A DNA stretch of 64,000 nt from a virus, in IMG/VR virus record IMGVR_UViG_3300030098_002339, positions 24,285 through 88,284 of that record. One strand, written 5' to 3'. The translations under genes and the position numbers were made by a program. Positions 17,497 through 27,929 of the stretch are shown here, in pieces (positions within the stretch are counted from its first letter, which is position 1; every line of letters begins with the position of its first letter). Below the pieces are notes generated by a model. It was not told the DNA's origin. It saw only the letters and a program-made list of their open reading frames with translations, and made no database searches.

Positions 17497-18489
17497 ATGG
17501 CAGAAAGTACTAATGTACAAGGTGCTGCTGATAAGATCAAAGGACTTCTGAATCCTGAACAAGGACAATCAGAACCTAAGAAAAAAGCAGAACCATCAGA
17601 GCAACCTGAAAAGATCAAACAGGAATCTTCAAAAGAGAGTCAATCAAAGTCTGAAGAAACTCCAAAAGAAGAAGCATCTGAAAATACTGAGATCAAAGAA
17701 GAAACGCAAACAGCAACAGAGGAACCAGAACTCCACCGAGTCAAAGTACAAGGTCAAGAGTTAGAGGTTAGCCTCGATGAACTGAAAGCAGGTTATTCTA
17801 GAGACTCGGATTATAGACAAAAAACTCATTCTTTAGGCTTAGAGAAAAAAGATCTTGAAGCTCAAAAGAGTAGTTTGCGTCAAAATTATGACAATCGTTT
17901 AAGTGAACTTAACGACTTGATTGCAACTGCTGATGGTTTCATCAGACAACAACAAGGTAGTAAAGATCTTAAAAAACTTTGGGAAGAAGATCCCACGTCT
18001 GCAGCACGACTGGATTACCAGTTAAGAGAACAAAACAGGCAGATAGATGATATGAAATCCAAAGCAAAAGACGCTTATCAAAAACAATATGATGAGTACC
18101 TTGATACACAGAGACAGTTAGCAGCAGCGAGAATACCAGAATACAGCGATCCTAATAAAGCTGATCAATTTAGAACTGATATGAGAACCTCTTTGAGGTC
18201 TTATGGTTTTAGTGAGCAGGAAATTGGGAATCTGGCTGATCATCGTTTTTTAATGGTGATTAGAGATGCTATGAGTTATAAATCTGTTAAAGATAGAAAA
18301 CCTATAGTCCAGAAGAAGGTAGCTAACGCACCTAAAGTTGTTAAAGCTGGTGTCGCTAAACCAAGTACAGGCACAGGACGAGACGCCATAAGAAACAAAA
18401 TTGGCAAGTTAGCAAAAACTGGTCATATTAAAGATGCCCAGTCTGCAATACTTGACATGATTAATCTTAAATCTCAACAAAAAAGGTAA
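17497..18489 (+). CDS. Capsid scaffolding protein
   Basis: Acidic N-terminus, VKVQGQELEVSLDEL...YSRDSDYRQKT. Confidence 0.88.
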   Translation: MAESTNVQGAADKIKGLLNPEQGQSEPKKKAEPSEQPEKIKQESSKESQSKSEETPKEEASENTEIKEETQTATEEPELHRVKVQGQELEVSLDELKAGYSRDSDYRQKTHSLGLEKKDLEAQKSSLRQNYDNRLSELNDLIATADGFIRQQQGSKDLKKLWEEDPTSAARLDYQLREQNRQIDDMKSKAKDAYQKQYDEYLDTQRQLAAARIPEYSDPNKADQFRTDMRTSLRSYGFSEQEIGNLADHRFLMVIRDAMSYKSVKDRKPIVQKKVANAPKVVKAGVAKPSTGTGRDAIRNKIGKLAKTGHIKDAQSAILDMINLKSQQKR

Positions 18490-18495
18490 AACACA

Positions 18496-19437
18496 ATGGC
18501 ACAACCAACAAATACGTTTGATACGTATGACAGTATTGGTGAAAGAGAAGACCTGTCGGATGTTATTTATAACATCTCGCCAACTGACACTCCATTCTTA
18601 AGCTCAGCTGCTAAAGTAAAAGCAACTGCAGTTTTACACGAATGGCAAACTGACAGCTTGGCTGCAGCTTCTACATCAAACGCTGTAATCGAAGGTGACG
18701 AAGCCACTTTGGATTCTACTTCTGCAACAACTAGATTATCTAACTCTTGTCAAATTATGGACAAAACAGTTGTAATCACAGGTACGCAAGAAGCAGTTAA
18801 CAAAGCTGGTAGAGCATCTGAGATCGCTTATCAAGTAGCTAAAAGAGCTAAAGAGCTTAAAAGAGACTTGGAAGCAATGTTAACAACAAACAACGCTGAA
18901 GTAACAGGTAACGCTACAACAGCAAGAGAAATGGGTTCATTAAGAGCATGGGTTGCTACTAATGACGTAATGGGAACTTCTGGAACATCTGGAGCAGCAG
19001 GTAATACTGCAGCAACTGATGGAACTCAAAGAGTTTTCACAGAATCTCTCTTGAAATCTGTAATTAAATCAGTATGGGAGCAAGGTGGAAATCCAACTAT
19101 GGTTATGGTTGGTCCTTTCAACAAGCAAAAATTATCAGGATTTACTGGTAATAGTACTAGATTCGATGCAGGTGCTGATGCAACTTTGTATACATCAGTT
19201 GATGTTTACGCTTCTGACTTTGGTCAGCTTCAAGTAGTACCTAACAGATTCTCTAGAGATAGAGATGCTTGGGTATTAGACATGGATTACTGGGGAGTAG
19301 CTTTCTTAAGAGACTTTCAAATGCATGATCTTTCAAAAACTGGAGACACAGAGAAAAAACAACTTCTTTTAGAAGCAACTCTGGAATCTAGAAACGAAGC
19401 TGCAAGTGGCTGCGTAGCAGACTTGACAACATCGTAA
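18496..19437 (+). CDS. Major capsid protein (DUF5309-type HK97 fold)
   Basis: REDLSDVIYNISPTDTPF...HEWQTD; follows scaffold. Confidence 0.92.
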   Translation: MAQPTNTFDTYDSIGEREDLSDVIYNISPTDTPFLSSAAKVKATAVLHEWQTDSLAAASTSNAVIEGDEATLDSTSATTRLSNSCQIMDKTVVITGTQEAVNKAGRASEIAYQVAKRAKELKRDLEAMLTTNNAEVTGNATTAREMGSLRAWVATNDVMGTSGTSGAAGNTAATDGTQRVFTESLLKSVIKSVWEQGGNPTMVMVGPFNKQKLSGFTGNSTRFDAGADATLYTSVDVYASDFGQLQVVPNRFSRDRDAWVLDMDYWGVAFLRDFQMHDLSKTGDTEKKQLLLEATLESRNEAASGCVADLTTS

Positions 19438-19448
19438 TAACTAAATAA

Positions 19449-19531
19449 CTGTTTGGGCGAGTAACCTTAAATCTGCTCGCCCAGCAGATTCTAACAATGA
19501 AGTCTTGAGAGAAGGTTAAAGGCGGAACATT
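19449..19531 (+). ncRNA. Kissing-loop/pseudoknot cis element downstream of MCP
   Basis: Two stems with complementary loops AACCTT/AAGGTT; compensatory changes at 63401-63486. Confidence 0.65.
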
Positions 19532-19545
19532 AAAGGAATATAAAC

Positions 19546-19893
19546 ATGAGAACATTAAACGACTATTTTTTACATGCAGCAATCGCAGATATTAGTACAG
19601 CATCATCAACATTCGTGCCTGTACCTGATGGAGGCAAAGTAATAAAAATTATAACTGCTCTTCAAGGAGCAATTGGAACAGCTAATGGCGGAATTTCTTT
19701 CGAAATTGGTGGTACAGCAATAACTGGTGGCGGGATTACAGTAACACAATCTGGATCTGCTGCTGGGGATGTTGATACAGCAGAACCAACTGCAGCTAAT
19801 GACGTTGCTGAAGATGGAACTATTGAAATGATAACTGACGGAGCTTCTAGCAACGCAGTTAAACTTAATGTAACATTCGTTATAAGAAGATAA
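19546..19893 (+). CDS. Capsid decoration/cement protein candidate
   Basis: Gly/Ala/Thr beta-rich; nearly identical to 63497. Confidence 0.7.
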   Translation: MRTLNDYFLHAAIADISTASSTFVPVPDGGKVIKIITALQGAIGTANGGISFEIGGTAITGGGITVTQSGSAAGDVDTAEPTAANDVAEDGTIEMITDGASSNAVKLNVTFVIRR

Positions 19894-19957
19894 TTTAAAT
19901 CGGTAAATGTTCCTGGAACGTTCTGGGAACATTACCAAAACATAAGGAGAACAAAAT

Positions 19958-20236
19958 ATGAACTATGGTTTAAGACATGGAACTGTGCATAAGCTAACTT
20001 CTGGAAGTTCATCTTCTGCAAGTTCAGCTTTTTCAGCTAATATAGAATATATAAGAGTTGTAGGCACTATTGCTTGTCATATACATATAGCAGTATCACC
20101 AACAGCAACTACAAGTACTACTTATTTACCTGCAGGAGAAGTTGAAGTTATTAAAGTGTCAGCTGGAGAAAAGATTGCAGTATTAAGAATTGGTGGTTCT
20201 GACGGAGAATTATACGCTACAGAATTAACTGAATAA
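19958..20236 (+). CDS. Small virion beta-protein
   Basis: AAGGAG SD; start repeated at 63892. Confidence 0.7.
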   Translation: MNYGLRHGTVHKLTSGSSSSASSAFSANIEYIRVVGTIACHIHIAVSPTATTSTTYLPAGEVEVIKVSAGEKIAVLRIGGSDGELYATELTE

Positions 20237-20574
20237 TGGGTAAAGTAAGAGCAACCGAATGGAATGCTGATGCTAGTAGAACTCGTTATATACAAGAGTC
20301 TGATGGCAAACTAACAGTTAATAATCAGCAAAACTTAAATCCTTTATTAGAAAGGAATAAGAAACTTTATACTCATAATGATGGCTATACAGCCTCAAGA
20401 GATATGAGACGGATTGCTAGTGTCCCTCCAATCATACTACAGATTTGGACTAAAGAATATAATGGGACTAATAATTGGTGGGCTTTACCTAAAGAAACAC
20501 AAAAAAAAATAATGAGAACTAAACTCAACAGTAGTGATTTTAGATACTTTAAAACTTCTGAAGGAAGATTATAA
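20236..20574 (+). CDS. Conserved head-region hypothetical protein
   Basis: RRIASVP...KLN..DFRYFKT; translational coupling. Confidence 0.7.
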   Translation: MGKVRATEWNADASRTRYIQESDGKLTVNNQQNLNPLLERNKKLYTHNDGYTASRDMRRIASVPPIILQIWTKEYNGTNNWWALPKETQKKIMRTKLNSSDFRYFKTSEGRL

Positions 20575-21245
20575 TGGCATTAAATACTTATGCAGCTTTA
20601 AAAACAGCTATCGCTAATTGGTTAAATCGAAGTGATTTAACAGATGAGATCGCTGATGATTTTATTAAACTTACAGAAGCTGATTTCAATTCAAAATTAA
20701 GAATAAGACAGATGGAACAAATAGATACAATAACTATTGATTCAGAAACTGAAACTGTTCCTACTGGTTTTATTGGAGTTAGATCATTTTATATTTTATC
20801 AAGTGATACTAAATATACTTTAGAATACATTACACCCCATAATTTATTTGAAATAAGAGGAGGTTCTAGAACTGGTAGACCTCGTTCTTATACTATTGAG
20901 GCAGACAATGAAACAGAACAATTCAGATTTGGTCCTAGTCCTGATACTACTTACACTGGTTATTTATCATATTATAAAAACTTTGAATCTCTTAGTTCCT
21001 CTAGTGCCAACTCAAGTAATTATATTTTAAGCAATCATCCTGGAATCTATTTGTATGGTAGTCTTTACCATGCATCCAATTTTATTGGAGGAATAGATCC
21101 AGAACAAAAACAGAATTGGTTACAAATGTACATCGCAGCTCTTGAAAGATGCGAGAATAACGATAAACAAGATAACTATGGTGGAGCACCTGTAGTTCAA
21201 AGAACAGATGTGCAAACTGATTTATCTTTCTATAGGCGGAAATAA
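20574..21245 (+). CDS. Head-tail adaptor (tail tubular protein A-like)
   Basis: YAALKTAIANWLNRSDLT...FIKLTEA..N..LRIRQM; YLYGSL. Confidence 0.8.
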   Translation: MALNTYAALKTAIANWLNRSDLTDEIADDFIKLTEADFNSKLRIRQMEQIDTITIDSETETVPTGFIGVRSFYILSSDTKYTLEYITPHNLFEIRGGSRTGRPRSYTIEADNETEQFRFGPSPDTTYTGYLSYYKNFESLSSSSANSSNYILSNHPGIYLYGSLYHASNFIGGIDPEQKQNWLQMYIAALERCENNDKQDNYGGAPVVQRTDVQTDLSFYRRK

Positions 21246-22690
21246 TGCAAGTACCTTTTGGAGAATGGTTACCTGATATACCTGATCATTTAAATAAAGG
21301 AGCTACAACTGCAACTAATGTATTCCCTGCAGCAGTTAGCTATAAACCATTTAAAGCATCACAGCAAAAATCTAATGCTTTAGATAGTCAATGCTTTGGT
21401 GCATTTTCTACAAAAGACAATAGTGCAAACGTCTATACTTTTGCAGGAACAAAATCAAAATTATACAAATTATCTGGCGAAACATTTTCAGATGTAAGTC
21501 AAGCCAGTACTACATACAATGCAGGAGCTGATAACTTCTGGTCATTTTCTAACTTTGGAACAACAGTTGTTGCTTCCAATGGAGAAGATACTCCACAAAA
21601 ATTTGTAGTAGGAACTTCTAGTGTATTTGCAGATCTAGGTGGTTCCCCACCTATTTTTACATTTTCTGCAGTGATTAGAGATTTTCTTGTAGTAGGAAGA
21701 ATTAAAACTGTTAAAAATAGAGTTCAATGGTCTGGCATTAATGATGTTGAAACATGGACATCAGGTACTAAACAATCTGATTATCAAGACTTAGCAGATG
21801 GTGGTGAGATTACAGGTATAGTCGGAGGCGAGTATGGTTATATATTTCAAGAAAACCAAATAACTCGTATGGACTATGTGGGTGGTACAACAGTATTTAG
21901 ATTTTCAGTTATATCTAAAAACAGAGGTGCTATCTTTGCTAAAGCAATAACACAAGTAGGTAAAAGAGTTTTCTTTTATGCTCAAGATGGTTTCTTTGAA
22001 ATTGATGGTGAAACTATTAGACCAATAGGACAACATAAAGTTAATGATTATTTTGAAAGTAATTTATCTGCAGGCTATCAACAAAATATTATAGCTTCTA
22101 CAGATCCATTAAATCATTTAGCAATATGGTCTTATCCTAGTACTGCTGCTACAACAGGAGTTCAAGATCGTTTACTTATTTATAATTATTCTGTTAATAG
22201 ATGGTCTGTAGTAGAAACAGCTGCTGAAATGATTTTTTTACAATTTTCAGAAGCTTATACAGTTGATACATTAGATAACGTATCAAATAGTTTGGATGAT
22301 TTAAATGTATCATTTGATTCTAGATATTGGTTAGGTGGAGTTGTTAATTTTGCAGGTTTTGATGGTGATCATAAACTTATTCAATTTGATGGAGATACTT
22401 TAGCAGCAACAATTGAAACAGGAGAAATAGAACCATCACCTGGAAGACGATCAACTGTAACAATGGTTAGACCAATAGTAGATGGAACATCTACAGCACG
22501 AGTAACAAGTCGTGCAAGAGCAGCAGATTCAGGAACAAGTACTAGCTATGCTAGTTTGCAAACAAATGGAGATATACCTGTTAGATCTTCTGGAAGGTAT
22601 CATAAAGTTGGAGTTGCTATAGCAGCAGCTGCATCTTGGAATGATGCTCAAGGAGTAGATTTAATAGCAGTATCAGCAGGTAATCGATGA
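21245..22690 (+). CDS. Nozzle/tail tubular protein B (P22 gp10-like)
   Basis: FGEWLPD; RVQWSGIND...QSDYQD; position. Confidence 0.8.
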   Translation: MQVPFGEWLPDIPDHLNKGATTATNVFPAAVSYKPFKASQQKSNALDSQCFGAFSTKDNSANVYTFAGTKSKLYKLSGETFSDVSQASTTYNAGADNFWSFSNFGTTVVASNGEDTPQKFVVGTSSVFADLGGSPPIFTFSAVIRDFLVVGRIKTVKNRVQWSGINDVETWTSGTKQSDYQDLADGGEITGIVGGEYGYIFQENQITRMDYVGGTTVFRFSVISKNRGAIFAKAITQVGKRVFFYAQDGFFEIDGETIRPIGQHKVNDYFESNLSAGYQQNIIASTDPLNHLAIWSYPSTAATTGVQDRLLIYNYSVNRWSVVETAAEMIFLQFSEAYTVDTLDNVSNSLDDLNVSFDSRYWLGGVVNFAGFDGDHKLIQFDGDTLAATIETGEIEPSPGRRSTVTMVRPIVDGTSTARVTSRARAADSGTSTSYASLQTNGDIPVRSSGRYHKVGVAIAAAASWNDAQGVDLIAVSAGNR

Positions 22691-22836
22691 GTGATACAAT
22701 AGATATAGATAATATAAGATTTGCATTTTCAGAAACTGACTACTTTCAAAGAGAAGTAGAAAGATCTGTTAATGAATTAATACTAAAAAACAACCAGGAA
22801 AATGACAAAGCATTTATCTGGTTTATGGGAGGATAA
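22687..22836 (+). CDS. 49-aa tail-region protein (not in ORF track)
   Basis: ATGA coupling; MSDTIDIDNIRF...FIWFMGG fills the gap to the fibre gene. Confidence 0.65.
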   Translation: MSDTIDIDNIRFAFSETDYFQREVERSVNELILKNNQENDKAFIWFMGG

Positions 22837-22839
22837 TAA

Positions 22840-25128
22840 ATGGCAGGATCATATATAGGCAAATACGATACAACAGCTGCTAATAATACTGCAACAGGCA
22901 CAGGTTCGGTTAGTATAGCTGAAGGTATGCTGCCTTCTAATGTTAATAATGCTATGCGTGATATTATGGCGGACATTAGGCAATGGTATAATTCAGCTGA
23001 ATGGATTGAATACGGAGATGGAGCAGGATCATATACACCTGCTTATGCATCAGGAACAAGTTTTACAATTGCAGGTGCAGATGTAACTTCTGCTTACCAT
23101 GTAGGTAGAAGAGTTAAAGCAGTAGGTTCGTCTACAGGAACAATTTACGGATCAATTACTGCTACAAGTTTTTCAACAAATACAACAGTTACAGTTTCTT
23201 GGGATTCAGGTTCACTATCTAGTGAATCTTTAACAATTTATATTGGTATTACAAGTGCAACAAACACTTCAATGCCAGAAACTCCATCTATTACTGGAGA
23301 TTATACATTAGATGTATCAGGCGATATTATCCTAGATGCTGATGGCGGAGATGTATTCTTTAAAGATGGTGGTACTACCTTTGGAAGTGCTACTAATTCT
23401 TCAGGTAATTTAATTATTAAATCAGGTACAACAACAGCTTTAACATTTAGTGGAGCTAATGCTACCCTTGCTGGAGATTTAACAATCTCTGGTGATGATT
23501 TAACAATGGGTACTAATACTTCAGGAATGTTATTAGTAGCTGATGGTACAAATTTTAATCCAGTAGCAGTTAGTGGAGATGTTACTATGGCTTCTAATGG
23601 AGCAGTAACAATTGCTTCAACAGCTGTAGAAAATTCTATGTTAGCTGGATCTATTGCTGATAGCAAATTATCTACAATTTCAACAGCAGATAAAGTTGCT
23701 GGTGGAGCTATTCAAATTGATAGTGGTACTGATGGTACATCTATTACATTAGCAGATACAGATAAATTTTTAGTTGATGATGGTGGTACAACAAAATATG
23801 TTAATGCCTCTCAAATTAATAGTTATGTAAGTGCTTCCGTTGCAGCAGACGATCTTGGATCTGGTGATGCCGCAATTAATCTAACAACTTCATCTGGCAA
23901 TATTACAATTGATGCAGCAGCTAATGATAGTGATATTATATTTAAAGGAACAGATGCAACTTCCGATATTACAATGCTTACATTGGATGGAAGTGAAGCA
24001 GGACACGCAACTTTTAATAGTCACGTATCTGTTGGTGGATCTAATAACGAATTAAGATTTTATGAAGGTGCAAACTATATAGGTTTTGAAGCACCCGCTT
24101 TATCAGGAGATCAAATATGGGTATTACCTGCAGCAGATGGATCTTCGGATCAAGTATTAAAAACAGATGGCTCAGGTAATTTAGGTTGGGCTTCTGTTAC
24201 AGGTACAATTACTGCTTTAAATAATCAATCAGCTAATCGATTAACTACAATCGGTTCAACAACAACACAGTTAGATGGTGAAGCAAATTTAACTTTCACA
24301 GGTTCAGCATTAACTTGTATAGGAACAATTACAGTTGGTGTAGATGACACAGGACATGACGTTAAGTTCTTTGGTGCAACAGCTAGTAGATACTGGTTAT
24401 GGGATGAATCAGCAGATGGTGTAGTACAACAAGGTACATTAACTGTTGGAGTTGACGATACTGGATATGATGTAAAATTCTTTGGAGCTACAGCAAGTGC
24501 TTATATGCAATGGGATGAATCAGAAGATGATTTAATCCTAGGTGGTGCTGCAAGAATAGTTGTCCCAGAAGGACAATTAGTATTAGGTAGTACAGCTGTA
24601 AGTTCAACTGCAGCAGAATTAAATTTATTAGATGGTGTTTCAGGATTAGTACAAGCAGATCTAACTAAATTAGCAGCAGTTAATTCTACAGACGCAGAAC
24701 TTAATATATTAGATGGTTCAGCTAAATCTACATCTTCAATTACATTAGCAGATACTGATGCTTTAATTGTTATAGATGGGAATACAACAAAACAAATTCC
24801 TGTTTCAGATATTAAAACATACAATCCAGGTGGAACTGCATGGCAAGCTGTTGTTACAGGTAATACAACAATGGTTTCTGGTAGAGGTTATTTTGTTAAT
24901 ACAACTTCAGCTGCAATTACAATGACATTACCTGCATCTCCTTCATTAGGAGATAGTGTAACGGTTATTGATTATGCAGGAACAGCAGATTCAAATAATA
25001 TTACGATAGGAAGAAACTCTCAAAAAATTCATGGAGCTTCTGAGGATTTAACAGTAGCAACAGAACGAGCTGCCTTTACATTAGTATTTACAGATTCTAC
25101 TCAAGGTTGGCTCTTAACGGAGAAATAA
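22840..25128 (+). CDS. Tail fibre protein
   Basis: EGMLPSNVNNAMR N-anchor, Gly/Ser/Thr-rich modules, GYFVNTTS..ITMTLPASPS C-terminal module. Confidence 0.85.
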   Translation: MAGSYIGKYDTTAANNTATGTGSVSIAEGMLPSNVNNAMRDIMADIRQWYNSAEWIEYGDGAGSYTPAYASGTSFTIAGADVTSAYHVGRRVKAVGSSTGTIYGSITATSFSTNTTVTVSWDSGSLSSESLTIYIGITSATNTSMPETPSITGDYTLDVSGDIILDADGGDVFFKDGGTTFGSATNSSGNLIIKSGTTTALTFSGANATLAGDLTISGDDLTMGTNTSGMLLVADGTNFNPVAVSGDVTMASNGAVTIASTAVENSMLAGSIADSKLSTISTADKVAGGAIQIDSGTDGTSITLADTDKFLVDDGGTTKYVNASQINSYVSASVAADDLGSGDAAINLTTSSGNITIDAAANDSDIIFKGTDATSDITMLTLDGSEAGHATFNSHVSVGGSNNELRFYEGANYIGFEAPALSGDQIWVLPAADGSSDQVLKTDGSGNLGWASVTGTITALNNQSANRLTTIGSTTTQLDGEANLTFTGSALTCIGTITVGVDDTGHDVKFFGATASRYWLWDESADGVVQQGTLTVGVDDTGYDVKFFGATASAYMQWDESEDDLILGGAARIVVPEGQLVLGSTAVSSTAAELNLLDGVSGLVQADLTKLAAVNSTDAELNILDGSAKSTSSITLADTDALIVIDGNTTKQIPVSDIKTYNPGGTAWQAVVTGNTTMVSGRGYFVNTTSAAITMTLPASPSLGDSVTVIDYAGTADSNNITIGRNSQKIHGASEDLTVATERAAFTLVFTDSTQGWLLTEK

Positions 25129-25131
25129 TAA

Positions 25132-26100
25132 ATGGCTGATTATAAAGCTATCAAGGGCTGGACTATTCAAACAGTTTCTAGTGATCCTAGTAATCCTATT
25201 AAAGGACAGGTGTGGTATAATTCAACACTTGGAAAATTAAGAGGTGCTAAATTAGCTGCTGGTGCTTGGAGCACAGGAGCTAATGTAGGAACAGCAAGAG
25301 CTAATCCAGAAGGTGCTGATAGATCAACACCATCCGCAGGTTTAATTTTTGGTGGAAGAACAAGTGGATCAGCAGGTGGTGGAGATACAGAAGAATATAA
25401 TGGAACAGCTTGGTCTGAACAAAATGATTTAAATGTTAATCGTTGGCGAGGTGGTGGTGCTGGAACTCAAACAGCAGGATTTAGTTTTGGAGGATCAACA
25501 GGACCTACAGCTCACGTTGGAACAGCAGAGACCTATGATGGTACAAGCTGGACTGAAGTTGGCGATCTTACTTCTACTACCAGACCTAATACAGTAGGAT
25601 TTGGATTACAAACAGCAGCTTTATGCGTTGCTGGATATGGTGTAGCGGTTGTAGAACAATATAATGGTTCTTCTTGGTCAGAAGTCGGAGATTTAAATAC
25701 TGCTAGAGGTTCTATGGCAGGATGCGGATCAACAACAGCAGGACTTGTAGCACAAGGAGAATCTCCAGGTGGTAATATAGATTCAGTAGAACAATGGGAT
25801 GGTTCAAGCTGGACTGAAGTTGCAGATTGTAATACTGCTCGAAATCAACCAGGTGGAGGTGGAACATCTACTTCTTCTATATGTTTTGGTGGCGATCCTT
25901 CTGCTTTAACAGAAAACTGGGATGGTTCTTCTTGGACTGAAGTGGGTGATATGTCTACAGCAAGAGGTCGTGCCGCAGCAGCAGGAACATCGAGTTCTGC
26001 ATTTTGTGCAGCAGGTGCAACACCAGGAGCAACGACTGGAGTTAATAATACAGAAGAATGGGATCAATCAGTATCTGGAAATAATTGGGATACAACATAA
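25132..26100 (+). CDS. Kelch-like beta-propeller tail protein 1 (one propeller)
   Basis: Repeats E.(Y/W)(D/N)G(T/S)SW(T/S)E..D.NTAR. Confidence 0.8.
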   Translation: MADYKAIKGWTIQTVSSDPSNPIKGQVWYNSTLGKLRGAKLAAGAWSTGANVGTARANPEGADRSTPSAGLIFGGRTSGSAGGGDTEEYNGTAWSEQNDLNVNRWRGGGAGTQTAGFSFGGSTGPTAHVGTAETYDGTSWTEVGDLTSTTRPNTVGFGLQTAALCVAGYGVAVVEQYNGSSWSEVGDLNTARGSMAGCGSTTAGLVAQGESPGGNIDSVEQWDGSSWTEVADCNTARNQPGGGGTSTSSICFGGDPSALTENWDGSSWTEVGDMSTARGRAAAAGTSSSAFCAAGATPGATTGVNNTEEWDQSVSGNNWDTT

Positions 26101-27884
26101 TGGCAGATTACAAAGAATTAAAAGGAAAACATATTTTAAGTATCGCATCAGACTTGGACAACGCTGCAGGTGAAGGACAAATTTGGTATAATACTACATC
26201 TGGAGACTACAAGACGATTGTTAAAGCGGCTGGAACTTGGTCAACTAGTAATAGTTTGAACACAGGTAAAGAAAAATCTTTTGGCATAGGAATTCAAACA
26301 GCTGCTCTTACTATAAGTGGAGAAGGTACAGCCACAGTTGAACAATATGATGGTACTTCTTGGTCGGAAATTGCAGATGTTAATACAGCAAGAGAACATG
26401 GCGCAGGTTGTGGAACTGTAGCCTCAGGTCTTTTTTTCGGTGGACAACCTCCTGTTACAGGAAAAACAGAATCCTGGAATGGAACCTCATGGACAGAAAC
26501 TGGAGATTTGAATACCTCTCGAAGAGGAGGAGGTGGATCAGGACCAAGTAGCTCTGCTGCTCTTGCAGCTACAGGTTATGATGGTTCTAATAATGTTACA
26601 AATGTTGAAAGTTGGAATGGATCAAGCTGGACTGAAGTGGCTGATGTTAATACTGCACGAAGAACAGGAGCAAGTGGAGGAACGAGCAGTACCGCTTCAA
26701 TGATAGTAGGAGGCGGAGGACCTGGTAGTGGAACAGCAAATGTCGAAGTATGGGATGGAGCAAGCTGGACTGAAGTAACTGATATTAATACTGCTAGAGA
26801 AGAATTTAAAGGTGCTCCAGAGACTTCTGCAACAAATTTGGTTTTTGGAGGTGCTCATGATCCAGGTCCTACAGCTGCTACAGAATATTATGATGGATCT
26901 AGTTGGTCAGAGGTCGGAGATTTAAATGAAAATAGACAAAGATTATCAGGAACAGGAACAACGATTTTAGCATTGGCTTCTGGAGGAGGAACTCCTCCCT
27001 CTCCCCTTGTTACTGTTGAAGAATGGGATTGGACATCTACCCTTGCTGCAGGTGCATGGGCATCGGGTGGAGCAGCAAATAATCCAAGAGGTAAAGGTGG
27101 AGGAGCTGGAATTCAAACTGCAGCTGCAGTTTTTGGTGGTGTCGTTAGTGATACCCCTAAATCAAATACAACAGAAGAATATGATGGTTCTTCGTGGACA
27201 AATACAGGAAATTTAAATACAGGTCGACATGCTGGAGCTGGTTTTGGAGTACAAACAGCAGCTTTTTATTGTGCGGGAGAATCAACAGCTTATGTTGATA
27301 ATGTTGAATCTTACAATGGTTCAACCTGGTCCGAAACAACAGATTTAAGTACAGCTCGTGGAGGTGCAGAAGGTAATGGTACAACAACAGCAGGAATGGT
27401 AGTTTGTGGTGCAGTAAACCCGCCTAATTTTTCAACTCTTAACGAACAATGGAATGGTTCTGCTTGGTCAGAAGATGCAGATACTAATACAGGTAGAAAT
27501 GAGGGTGGATGTGTAGGCACATCAACCGCTGCTTTATATTTCGGTGGTTTTACTCCAGATTTAACAGCAAACTCAGAAGAATGGAATGGAACAGCATGGG
27601 CAGAAGGAAACAATGTAAATAGAGTTATTGGACAATCAGGTGATTTTGGCATTCAAACTTCAGCGATTGCTGCTGGAGGAAGTCCAGGAGATGTAGCTAG
27701 CACAGAGGAATATGATGGTACTTCTTGGGCTGAAGTTGCAAATTTATCTACAGCAAGAAATATACTTATTGGAAATAATAATAGCACTGATTCTACTCTA
27801 GGATTAGTTATGGGAGGAGATCCAGGCGTTACTACTACAGAAGAATGGACACAATCACAAAACATTAAGACAATAGCAGACTAG
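26100..27884 (+). CDS. Kelch-like beta-propeller tail protein 2 (two propellers)
   Basis: About twice as many repeats; start re-called at MADYKELKG (TAATG). Confidence 0.8.
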   Translation: MADYKELKGKHILSIASDLDNAAGEGQIWYNTTSGDYKTIVKAAGTWSTSNSLNTGKEKSFGIGIQTAALTISGEGTATVEQYDGTSWSEIADVNTAREHGAGCGTVASGLFFGGQPPVTGKTESWNGTSWTETGDLNTSRRGGGGSGPSSSAALAATGYDGSNNVTNVESWNGSSWTEVADVNTARRTGASGGTSSTASMIVGGGGPGSGTANVEVWDGASWTEVTDINTAREEFKGAPETSATNLVFGGAHDPGPTAATEYYDGSSWSEVGDLNENRQRLSGTGTTILALASGGGTPPSPLVTVEEWDWTSTLAAGAWASGGAANNPRGKGGGAGIQTAAAVFGGVVSDTPKSNTTEEYDGSSWTNTGNLNTGRHAGAGFGVQTAAFYCAGESTAYVDNVESYNGSTWSETTDLSTARGGAEGNGTTTAGMVVCGAVNPPNFSTLNEQWNGSAWSEDADTNTGRNEGGCVGTSTAALYFGGFTPDLTANSEEWNGTAWAEGNNVNRVIGQSGDFGIQTSAIAAGGSPGDVASTEEYDGTSWAEVANLSTARNILIGNNNSTDSTLGLVMGGDPGVTTTEEWTQSQNIKTIAD

Positions 27885-27910
27885 ACAAATGGAATTTAAA
27901 CAAATATAAA
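27882..27910 (+). promoter_or_regulatory. Sigma70-like promoter
   Basis: TAGACA-N17-TATAAA, then AAGGAGG SD. Confidence 0.5.
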
Positions 27911-27929
27911 AGGAAAAAGGAGGAGCAAT

